A stretch of DNA of 24,176 nucleotides from Candidatus Woesearchaeota archaeon. Its GTDB lineage: Archaea; Nanobdellota; Nanobdellia; Pacearchaeales; GW2011-AR1. The notes under the pieces are model-generated. The model did no database searches. It had not been told where the DNA came from and worked only from the letters and a program-made list of their open reading frames with translations. Of this stretch, positions 1 through 7,522 are shown in pieces. The first letter of the stretch is position 1, and each line of letters opens with the position of its first letter. The translations under genes and the position numbers were made by a program. The stretch is from assembly GCA_964530955.1 (NCBI GenBank), contig CAZHCL010000011.1, positions 1-24,176 on the forward strand, in the 5' to 3' direction.

Positions 1-28
1 GACATTCTATATGTTTTTGCAGAGAGAT

Positions 29-100
29 GCGCACGTGGCACAATGGTACTGCGTTCGGCTGCAGCCCGAATTTGTCCAGGTTCGATTCCTGGCGTGCGCT
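29..100 (+). tRNA. trnC: tRNA-Cys(GCA), intronless, CCA not encoded
   Basis: Acceptor stem GCGCACG(29-35)/CGTGCGC(93-99); anticodon stem TTCGG/CCGAA with loop CT-GCA-GC (anticodon 61-63); T arm CCAGG-TTCGATT-CCTGG; U73 discriminator at 100, the Cys identity element. Confidence 0.97.
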
Positions 101-102
101 TA
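90..102 (+). repeat. 13-bp direct repeat copy 1 (tRNA-Cys 3' end, att-like core)
   Basis: TGGCGTGCGCTTA at 90-102 is identical to 2434-2446. Confidence 0.75.
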
Positions 103-630
103 ACTTCTTTTCTTTTTATTTATAACTAGTAAAATTATAATTATGATTAAAACAAAAATTACTAGACCCACAAAAATTGGTTGTAATGTTGAAGTTGGTT
201 CAGGGTCACAGTAAAACCTGAAGTAGTTAGGTGTTCCTTGATTATTTGGATTGGGATTTGAAAGAATATTATCACAATAACCTTTAACAGATATGCTATT
301 CTCAGTTGGGCTATGTTGCAAATTCAAAGGCACTTGAAAATCACAAGCAGAACCATAATAATTTCTGTTAAGAAAAGGTATCGAAGAACTATGTGAAGAA
401 ATATGGACTGATTGTGCGTTTGTGGTGCAATTATATGAAGGATTATCTATATCAAAACAGAGATTTCCTATCAAAGAATTCTGCGAATAAGAATAAAATT
501 GACATTCCATATTAACATTTTTTGTAATTGGCGGTGGAGAACTTATTGAAGAGTCTGTAGCAGCAATAACTATTGCTAATGAACAAAATAACATGATAAT
601 CCCAAAAACAAACATGTTTGTTGCTTTCAT
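100..630 (-). CDS. Small Cys-rich secreted, membrane-anchored protein (176 aa)
   Basis: N-terminal hydrophobic signal, several Cys in the ectodomain, C-terminal TM (IFVGLVIFVLIIIIILLVI) followed by NKKKRS. Confidence 0.8.
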   Translation of the reverse strand: MKATNMFVFGIIMLFCSLAIVIAATDSSISSPPPITKNVNMECQFYSYSQNSLIGNLCFDIDNPSYNCTTNAQSVHISSHSSSIPFLNRNYYGSACDFQVPLNLQHSPTENSISVKGYCDNILSNPNPNNQGTPNYFRFYCDPEPTSTLQPIFVGLVIFVLIIIIILLVINKKKRS

Positions 631-707
631 ATACTTTTATGTTGTTAATCCTTTTTAATCTTTTTGATTAGTTAACTACATTGCTTGCTATGAATAATAC
701 AATATAT

Positions 708-2351
708 TTACTGTATGTTTATAGCATTAAGTGCTTTTCTTATTAATTCTGATTCATACGGATTGAATGTAAATGGATTGGCACCCATCACAGAATCGCC
801 ATTTGTTGTTAGAAAAGACGATCCATCGCAAGAACCTAAATAAGATCCTCCAATACTGCAATTAATGCCGATATTACAGGAAGAAGATATTGGTTCATGC
901 CCTAGTTCAACAAATTGGTTACTCCATATTTTGCTTTCACATGAAGAAGATGGTTGTGAACCGCATTGTATTTCTACTTGGTTAAGAAAATTCTGAAAAT
1001 TATTTATGCATTTACTAGTAACATTTACTCCATTACACCATTTAGTAGAAGAAAATGTATCGCAATTAATTGGAGGGACTTGAGAATTACTATAATTTAT
1101 TATATCTGATACTGGTAAAATAATATTTTGTAATGGTGCCATTGTATCATGGGCAAATCCCATGCTATGTCCAAATTCATGCGCAGCTACACGACCAACA
1201 TCGAAAAATGATAAATTTGTTGTAGAGTTTATATATTGATTTTGCGTATGGAAATCGTCAAACCACATACTCCAATTCTGAGCATAAATAGAAGATTCAA
1301 AATCCCAACCGACATTCAAATCAACAACAATAACTCTATCTATTTTCGATACATTGAGTTCTGTTTTGCATTGATCTAGTATTGTACTAGCACCCGAAAG
1401 ACAAGCAACTGGCCCAGAGCCTTCTTGCTGATTAGCAAGCTCGCAATCTAAAGATGTCGATTTGTTATAATAGTAAATATTAATTTTATCACTATACTCA
1501 TTAAGAGGAGTTATATTGAAAAAACCAGGCGCAGATTTGACTAAAGTTAATATTCCATTATCATAATCTTTTTTAGAATAGTAATATGCGTCTTCTTTTC
1601 CAAAAAATAGTTCCTTAGCTAATTTCACAAAGGTTCCATTATCAATCGTATTTTGATTAATGTTTCTATTTGGAACTACTAAAAAATTAATATTTCCATT
1701 TCCTTTTTTAATAATTTGACAATTTTTCTCTGTATGGGAAACATTCGCATTTATACATATTCCATTTTTACAACCATTAGGGCAGGTATATTCATAAGAA
1801 ATACTTCGATTATTAATGCATTCTGCTTCTAAGAGATGTCCATTATTTGAACATGTGTCGTAAGTAATTCTCTTATTGCCTGAACTATCAATCCATGTAG
1901 TATTACCTAGAATAGTATAATTCAATCCGCCGTCTGAGTCTGTACAATTAATTTTTATTGGGGGTTGCAAGCAAGCACCATTTTTACAGCCATTAATACA
2001 AGTTTCAATTATTTCATTTTTCTTATCTTGATAGCAATAGAATTCTTTGAGATTATTTGAATTCCCAAGACAGGTATCTGTATAAGTAGAAATTATATTG
2101 AAAAAGAAAAATTTATTTGTTTTAACTAATGTTCCTTGTTTAAAGAAATAAATACCATTGTCACTATCATTACAATATTTGCTATTTGGAATAGTAATAC
2201 TTTTATTATATTTAGCTTGTTGTTCGTAATTTACATCTTTTACAACAAAAGATGTGCTTTTCTTGAATAGATTATCAAATGAAAAAGCTGAAACTGTCAG
2301 TGTGGAAAGGCATAATATTCCAACTATTAAAAAAATAGTTATAAATCTCAT
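708..2351 (-). CDS. Secreted zinc metallopeptidase (metzincin motif, M64-like by resemblance) with two Cys-rich CxDSDxG repeats (547 aa)
   Basis: Signal peptide; HEFGHSMGFAH = HExxHxxGxxH at 1149-1181; possible Met-turn (DSVMGANP); repeats CNDSDNG...CINGCKNGAC and CTDSDGG...CPNGCKNGIC. Family placement is inference. Confidence 0.85.
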   Translation of the reverse strand: MRFITIFLIVGILCLSTLTVSAFSFDNLFKKSTSFVVKDVNYEQQAKYNKSITIPNSKYCNDSDNGIYFFKQGTLVKTNKFFFFNIISTYTDTCLGNSNNLKEFYCYQDKKNEIIETCINGCKNGACLQPPIKINCTDSDGGLNYTILGNTTWIDSSGNKRITYDTCSNNGHLLEAECINNRSISYEYTCPNGCKNGICINANVSHTEKNCQIIKKGNGNINFLVVPNRNINQNTIDNGTFVKLAKELFFGKEDAYYYSKKDYDNGILTLVKSAPGFFNITPLNEYSDKINIYYYNKSTSLDCELANQQEGSGPVACLSGASTILDQCKTELNVSKIDRVIVVDLNVGWDFESSIYAQNWSMWFDDFHTQNQYINSTTNLSFFDVGRVAAHEFGHSMGFAHDTMAPLQNIILPVSDIINYSNSQVPPINCDTFSSTKWCNGVNVTSKCINNFQNFLNQVEIQCGSQPSSSCESKIWSNQFVELGHEPISSSCNIGINCSIGGSYLGSCDGSSFLTTNGDSVMGANPFTFNPYESELIRKALNAINIQ

Positions 2352-2372
2352 TCTCTTGTAAAAAGTAAGTTT

Positions 2373-2380
2373 TATTTAAA
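2373..2380 (-). promoter_or_regulatory. Archaeal TATA box (TTTAAATA) for the peptidase gene
   Basis: TTTAAATA on the minus strand, 21 nt upstream of ATG 2351. Confidence 0.6.
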
Positions 2381-2404
2381 TATTCGCTTTATCTGATCGA
2401 CATC

Positions 2405-2434
2405 ACCCCAAGATGCCATTCGGCATGGGTTTTT
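2405..2434. terminator. GC-rich hairpin with T-tract, terminator-like
   Basis: ACCC-caag-ATGCC-attc-GGCAT-GGGT followed by TTTT; lies just beyond the stop of the 174-aa gene and next to the att-like repeat. Confidence 0.4.
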
Positions 2435-2446
2435 GGCGTGCGCTTA
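2434..2446 (+). repeat. 13-bp direct repeat copy 2 (duplicate of tRNA-Cys 3' end)
   Basis: TGGCGTGCGCTTA identical to 90-102. Confidence 0.75.
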
Positions 2447-2447
2447 T

Positions 2448-2972
2448 TTATTTTACTCTTAATTTAGAAATTATTTTATTGGCAAGGGTATTATTTTTTC
2501 TTTCCTCTTCTAATTCTGTTTGCTTTCGTACTTCTTCCCTTTCAATTTTTTCTTTTTCTATTAATTCTTGATAGTTTTTTTCTAGTTTCCAGAATAATTC
2601 ATTTGCTTTGTCTCTTGAAAAAGAATAAATTTCTACTTCTCCAGAATAAATAACTGCATTATATTTATCTGATGAAGGTCTTGAATCCCATACTACACAT
2701 TCACTTTCATATTCACGAGACTCTGTAAAGGAATATGAAATTTTTATTGACAAAGGAACACCATTTACTCTTGTATTTGCTTTAAGATGTACGTCATAGC
2801 TACTATTGGAATGCAAAATGCGAATTGTCTCAACAGGAGAGTTATTGCTTAGCAGGTAATCCGGCAGTCTGTTTGAAGACAATTGTCTTTCCCATTTATC
2901 AAAAGCGATTTTTTCAACTATCGCATTTGCTTCTTCCTGAGTAAGTTTTTCTAAGTTTTCTTTATTCCTCAT
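2448..2972 (-). CDS. Hypothetical protein, charged C-terminal coiled-coil-like tail (174 aa)
   Basis: Open frame with normal composition and no overlap; no family recognised. Confidence 0.75.
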   Translation of the reverse strand: MRNKENLEKLTQEEANAIVEKIAFDKWERQLSSNRLPDYLLSNNSPVETIRILHSNSSYDVHLKANTRVNGVPLSIKISYSFTESREYESECVVWDSRPSSDKYNAVIYSGEVEIYSFSRDKANELFWKLEKNYQELIEKEKIEREEVRKQTELEEERKNNTLANKIISKLRVK

Positions 2973-3006
2973 AAAATCTGCAGATAGGCACTCTATAACT
3001 AATTTT

Positions 3007-3024
3007 TATCGTATATTTACGATA
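3007..3024. promoter_or_regulatory. Perfect 7-4-7 palindrome TATCGTA-TATT-TACGATA, candidate operator
   Basis: 35-52 nt upstream of the 174-aa gene; near-identical copy at 3710-3727. Confidence 0.6.
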
Positions 3025-3030
3025 TATAAC

Positions 3031-3702
3031 TCAGATTTTATTACTTAAATGGGCAAGAATCTTTTGCTCAGCTTTTGAGAGATGGAAGTGAAGTGTTGAA
3101 GTTGAAATCCCTCTTTCTTTTGCAAGCTGTTCAAGTTTAACTTTTCTAGGATATCCATAATATCCTCTTTTTATGGCTAATGTTAAAGCATCTTTCTGTT
3201 TTTTTGTTAAATTTGGCATTGTAGAATAAATCATTAAATTTTGTACTTTTTCCTGTTTAAATTTCAGAATTTTGTATGTAAAGTTTTGAATCTTTTCACT
3301 TTTAGTAATCATATCATCAAGTATTTTCTTATCTGGAGAAGCAATTTCCCAACATTCCCATCCATTTTCATCAATAATTGCTGGCTTCAAAAATATATAG
3401 AGAGGATTATAAGATGCTTTAATTGCTTTTCCTCGCACGCTGTGTTTCTCTTCTGTATAAATGCAAATAAAATAATCCCCATTGCTTTCAAAATATGTAA
3501 CCTTCTTGTCTTTTTTCAAGTCTTCAAGGAAGGTCATCTTATTTTCTTCTTTTCCTTCAATAATTCCTGAGCCTATAAGGAATACTTTATTGCCATCTTC
3601 ATAATAATTATGACTATAAAAATAAATTTTTACTTTATGCTTTAGAGTCTTTTCTTCGTAAATATTACCTTTCTCTCTACCTTTTATCTTTAAAACCCAC
3701 AT
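3031..3702 (-). CDS. HTH_10 (bacterio-opsin activator-type HTH) transcriptional regulator (223 aa)
   Basis: C-terminal LTKKQKDALTLAIKRGYYGYPRKVKLEQLAKERGISTSTLHFHLSKAEQKIL matches the archaeal HTH_10 pattern (LT..Q...L..A...GYY..PR......LA...GIS.ST...HL..AE.K). Confidence 0.9.
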   Translation of the reverse strand: MWVLKIKGREKGNIYEEKTLKHKVKIYFYSHNYYEDGNKVFLIGSGIIEGKEENKMTFLEDLKKDKKVTYFESNGDYFICIYTEEKHSVRGKAIKASYNPLYIFLKPAIIDENGWECWEIASPDKKILDDMITKSEKIQNFTYKILKFKQEKVQNLMIYSTMPNLTKKQKDALTLAIKRGYYGYPRKVKLEQLAKERGISTSTLHFHLSKAEQKILAHLSNKI

Positions 3703-3709
3703 TATAATA

Positions 3710-3727
3710 TATAGTAAATATACGATA
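3710..3727. promoter_or_regulatory. Palindrome TATAGTA-AATA-TACGATA, candidate autoregulatory operator
   Basis: 8-25 nt upstream of the HTH_10 ATG; 3707-3727 matches the reverse complement of 3007-3027 at 20/21 positions. Confidence 0.6.
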
Positions 3728-3766
3728 TATAAATTATTGCTTTTTATTTATAAAAATAGAATTAAG

Positions 3767-4165
3767 TCAGTTGTAAGTTTCAATTCCATTAGCTAGTTTT
3801 GGCTTGATTTTTATATTACCTCTGGTTTGATTATTCTTAGAAATAATACTTTTAACCTTACTTGATTCTTCTCTTGATATTTTATTTATTATATACAGCA
3901 TTAAAATTCCAGAGATTAAATATAAACAGAGGCTTGCAAAGTCGCTCCAATTGCTTAGAGTTATTGATAAATCAGTAACGTTATTTCCTGAAATGAGAAT
4001 AATCGCTTTTTTTACAAGAATAAGTAGGGTTGCTGCCATTATCGATATAATTACATATCTCAAGGCTCCTGCACTTCTTCTTACTATAAAATAGCCTATG
4101 ATTATTGCTGCCAGACCTATAATAATAGTTACAAAACGCACAACTGCTGAAATATCTACTTGCAT
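3767..4165 (-). CDS. Small membrane protein, about 3 TM helices (132 aa)
   Basis: Three hydrophobic segments and a basic C-terminal tail; AGAGG SD-like sequence upstream. Confidence 0.75.
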   Translation of the reverse strand: MQVDISAVVRFVTIIIGLAAIIIGYFIVRRSAGALRYVIISIMAATLLILVKKAIILISGNNVTDLSITLSNWSDFASLCLYLISGILMLYIINKISREESSKVKSIISKNNQTRGNIKIKPKLANGIETYN

Positions 4166-4214
4166 TTTTCCTCTTTGCTTTTATAGACTTTTCTTTTTTT
4201 AAAGCTTGCCATTT

Positions 4215-5951
4215 TTAATTTTTAACTTGTTTTATGAAATTTTCTACAGTTACTTTTGATTTCAGGTATCCGCTCTTTGAAAGAGAATATCCGTCAATAG
4301 GTTTAATGTTTCCTTTAAGAGAATAACGTGTCAGAAGGATATTATATAGGATAATCATAAGTATAAATATAATAACTAGAGTAAGGATATAAATGAGGAG
4401 ACTTGAAGTGCTTGCTTTTTGTTTTACTTCAAACCAGGCAAATGATTGGGCAGACTTTCCGTTGTATTCTGCTGTTATCGTAAGTAAATAGTTTCCTTCC
4501 TTCATATCTTGAGGTAACTTTATTGTTTTTAGTAAACTGGCTTGGGTTTCAACTGCTATGGTTTCTTTTTCAGTTTCAATTGTATTACCTTGGGCATCTT
4601 CTATTGAATAGGTAATTGCAGTGTCTATTCTACCTGTTTCTCCCAGATTATATAGATTAATAGTTCCTATAACATCATCTCCAGGTGAGACAATGGAAAA
4701 TTCACTAGGTATTGATAATTTGATGTCGAAGAGGGCATTCTTAGCTTGCACACCCACTGCTACTGGTATCTGCTCATTCTCTCCTTGTGAATTAATGTTG
4801 ATATCTCCAGCATAAATTGAAGGGAATGCATTTTCTCTTGCTATAAAGTCGAAGTCTATTGTTTTTGATTGGCCAGGTGCAAGGGAAAAGCTGACTTCAG
4901 AAAATTTTATAAATTCTTTGAGATTATCTGATACGTTAATATTTATATCTAAACTTCCCTGTCCGGTGTTTGTCAGATTTATCTGTTCAAGGTCAGTTTC
5001 TCCCTGTCCAATATTAACTGCAAGTACTTTGGGGGAAATTTTTAATGGAAGATTTTGTTTTATTAAAGAGCTTTCTCCCCTTCCTCCGCTGCTTCCAGCG
5101 CTTCCTCCAGTTCCAGAAGACTGACTTGAATTATCTGACGACTCGGCTAGAGAATATGAGCTAAAATGCGCTACATTAAAAATGAAATTACCTCCGGAAA
5201 AGCTTAGTTTTTGGCAAAGTGTATCTGGGCAGGGCAATCCATCTACCATTATAGCGGGATTTTGAAACTGAACATTGTAGAATTCAAGAGTTGCGCTCTT
5301 ATTCAGGTTTGGCAAATTGGTTGTATTAATTTCTATTTCATTATCTGAAATTTTTATATTGTCATCAAGGTCAATAGTATTATTTGACTCCTGATTGTTA
5401 GTGATATTTATTCCCTGATTAAATTGTATTTTTCCATATTTTGGAACGTCAAATGTCAAATTAGTTATATTTTGAAGCGCTTCGTAGCTGTATACATTTA
5501 AATCGGTCGAACTTCCATTCTGATAGCTAGTGTAATTTAGTTTAAGCAATGCACTGTTAACCTTAAAACTTTTTGTTGCTACTGAAGTCAACCCATCTGA
5601 ATTTGTGGCATAAACATATAATATATGTGTTCCATTTGTAACGTTAATATATTGCGGAGAAGCTAGAGTTAAATTTTGTCCATTATCTAAATTATAAATA
5701 AGTCTATAGTAATTTGAGGCTAGGAAATTAAGAAAGACAGTATTTTTTATATATTGATTTCCGCTTATTGGACTTAGGATTGAAATTGAGGGTATTTGGG
5801 CTAAAATCTGAACATTCAAAGCAGTCTGCTGGACCGTAGCAAATCCTGTGAGGGTTGAGTTATCATACAAAACAGAGTTATCTGCACAAGCAACACCTAA
5901 CAGACCAATTACGAGGATAAAAAAGACTAATCCTTTTTTAAATGAATGCAT
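4215..5951 (-). CDS. Cell-surface protein with Ig-like/CARDB-like beta-sandwich domains and C-terminal TM (578 aa)
   Basis: Signal peptide, many NxS/T sequons, Gly/Ser linker, INLTNTG...FSLAPGQSKTIDF and NLYNLG...YLLTITAEY segments, TM IYILTLVIIFILMIILYNILL. Confidence 0.85.
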   Translation of the reverse strand: MHSFKKGLVFFILVIGLLGVACADNSVLYDNSTLTGFATVQQTALNVQILAQIPSISILSPISGNQYIKNTVFLNFLASNYYRLIYNLDNGQNLTLASPQYINVTNGTHILYVYATNSDGLTSVATKSFKVNSALLKLNYTSYQNGSSTDLNVYSYEALQNITNLTFDVPKYGKIQFNQGINITNNQESNNTIDLDDNIKISDNEIEINTTNLPNLNKSATLEFYNVQFQNPAIMVDGLPCPDTLCQKLSFSGGNFIFNVAHFSSYSLAESSDNSSQSSGTGGSAGSSGGRGESSLIKQNLPLKISPKVLAVNIGQGETDLEQINLTNTGQGSLDININVSDNLKEFIKFSEVSFSLAPGQSKTIDFDFIARENAFPSIYAGDININSQGENEQIPVAVGVQAKNALFDIKLSIPSEFSIVSPGDDVIGTINLYNLGETGRIDTAITYSIEDAQGNTIETEKETIAVETQASLLKTIKLPQDMKEGNYLLTITAEYNGKSAQSFAWFEVKQKASTSSLLIYILTLVIIFILMIILYNILLTRYSLKGNIKPIDGYSLSKSGYLKSKVTVENFIKQVKN

Positions 5952-5972
5952 TTATTAAAAGAATCTGTCAGA

Positions 5973-5980
5973 TATTTAAA
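5973..5980 (-). promoter_or_regulatory. TATA box (TTTAAATA) for the 578-aa gene
   Basis: 21 nt upstream of ATG 5951. Confidence 0.55.
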
Positions 5981-6559
5981 TTATTCCTTTCTCTTTCTTC
6001 TGACGACTGCTAGGATAACCAGCAACACAATTACTGCTCCTATTGATATATAAAGGGTATTCGAACTTGTATTAGCTGTCGAATTCTGGGTATTCTGGGA
6101 AGTGTTTTGAACCAAGACGTCAAAATAAGTATCATAGGCAGTACCAAAATTTAGCTGTCCACCCGTACCTGAGGTGATTGTTGTAAATGAAAGACCGACA
6201 CGATATTTATCTCCTATCTTTGCACTTTGGGGAATAGTGATATGTAAGTCTAGATAATTATTCTTACTTCCAGCAGGTACGAGGTAGGTTGCATTTTTAT
6301 CAGTTATCTGTGCTACGTCATTTCCAGTTATTAAGTTCGCTCTGAAGGTTATATTATCTTCTCCGACTAAATTTTGAAGTCCAAATTGAATATCTTTCGA
6401 CTCCCCCGGAAGCAGTTTAAGTGGAAATCCGTCCCAGTAGGGAGAAGTTATTCCTGCAGCAGCTACATTCTGCATTACAAGTAAAATTGTAATAATACTT
6501 GTTGCTAGAGCTAGGCTTAAAACAATACTTTTCTGTATTTTGTTTTTTTGTTTAATCAT
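5981..6559 (-). CDS. Secreted single beta-sandwich protein with C-terminal TM anchor (192 aa)
   Basis: Signal peptide ending AAA; LLPGESKDIQFGLQN motif; N/T/S linker; TM LYISIGAVIVLLVILAVV then RRKRKE. Confidence 0.85.
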   Translation of the reverse strand: MIKQKNKIQKSIVLSLALATSIITILLVMQNVAAAGITSPYWDGFPLKLLPGESKDIQFGLQNLVGEDNITFRANLITGNDVAQITDKNATYLVPAGSKNNYLDLHITIPQSAKIGDKYRVGLSFTTITSGTGGQLNFGTAYDTYFDVLVQNTSQNTQNSTANTSSNTLYISIGAVIVLLVILAVVRRKRKE

Positions 6560-6560
6560 T

Positions 6561-7481
6561 TTATACTATTTTAACTGTCCACGAACTTTCGTTCGCAGTT
6601 GAGTATGATTGTGATGTTAATTCAGCACCTGCAATTTTGATACATGGATAAAGCCTACTTTGACCTGTTCCGTTATTCAATGTTAGGTTTCCTGTTCCTA
6701 AAGTTGCTACTGCTATTCCTACAAAACCGCCTGCGCTCATATTAGTTGAAGTGCTATTGCATTCAACGGGAGGAGAACCTCCAGTGAATGTGCTTAATGA
6801 AATGTTATTTGCCCAGATTGCTTTTGTTGAATCAGTTTCTCCTCTTAGGTTTGTTCCATTAATTTGTATATTTCCTACTGTAATTGGCTTGTTTCCAGTG
6901 TTATTAAGTATCAATGGACCATTTGTAGGCGTCTGATTTTGAGAACCCGGAGCAAATGCGTTCCAGCTTAATGATCCTGGACCAAGAACGAAAGCAGAAA
7001 GCTGATTGTAGGTGAATGTTTGAGTTGTATTGTATGCATTATTTCCATAGGTATCGTTAACAGCTACTCCGATATTCCACGTTCCTGAAGTATCAAAATA
7101 CCATAAATTTACTGTGCAGGAATAATTTACATTATTTGAGTCTATATTTCCTACTTTTACGCAGGATGAATTAGATCTGACAGGATTTCCTGCTATTGTG
7201 AAGTTTGCAGTCATATTACTTAACACTGACGCTCCTGCTCCGTCGTTTGCAGTTGCGTAAAATATTATCGGCAAGAAGCTGTTTTCAGTTGGATTTTGTG
7301 CGGATGGTGCTCCAACAAAAGTAATTTTTGGAACTCCTACACTGATGTTCGTGGCCACATTTTGGCTTGTTGCTTTTCCAGTAATATCGCTCCAGAAGCT
7401 CGATGAGACAAAAGAACTAATTGTTACCAGAGTAAGGATTGACAATACAAATACAAACGTGTTCTTTTTTCCTATATTCAT
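6561..7481 (-). CDS. Secreted protein (306 aa), stand-alone paralog of the membrane-proximal domain of the 1455-aa protein
   Basis: Signal peptide; no C-terminal anchor; collinear with the 1455-aa gene at a constant 1556-nt offset and sharing the peptide ANFTIAGNPVRSNSSCVKVGNIDSNNVNYSCTVNLWYFDTSGTWNIG. Confidence 0.92.
   Translation of the reverse strand: MNIGKKNTFVFVLSILTLVTISSFVSSSFWSDITGKATSQNVATNISVGVPKITFVGAPSAQNPTENSFLPIIFYATANDGAGASVLSNMTANFTIAGNPVRSNSSCVKVGNIDSNNVNYSCTVNLWYFDTSGTWNIGVAVNDTYGNNAYNTTQTFTYNQLSAFVLGPGSLSWNAFAPGSQNQTPTNGPLILNNTGNKPITVGNIQINGTNLRGETDSTKAIWANNISLSTFTGGSPPVECNSTSTNMSAGGFVGIAVATLGTGNLTLNNGTGQSRLYPCIKIAGAELTSQSYSTANESSWTVKIV
6735..6785 (+). repeat. 51-bp perfect repeat, partner 8291-8341
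   Basis: Base-by-base identity, offset 1556. Confidence 0.9.
6857..6896 (+). repeat. 40-bp perfect repeat, partner 8413-8452
   Basis: Base-by-base identity, offset 1556. Confidence 0.9.
7068..7209 (+). repeat. 142-bp perfect repeat, partner 8624-8765
   Basis: Base-by-base identity, offset 1556. Confidence 0.95.
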
Positions 7482-7522
7482 TTTTACCCTTTTATATTTT
7501 TAATCATTGCTGTTTTAACTAT

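Noticed and set aside
2419-2429. 5S rRNA-like CCCATGCCGAA on the minus strand
   Set aside because: Match is limited to 11 nt and no 5S secondary structure can be built around it.
2976-5973. ATCTG/CAGAT palindromes upstream of two genes (2976-2985 and 5963-5973)
   Set aside because: Only 5-bp arms with different spacers; too weak to call a shared operator.
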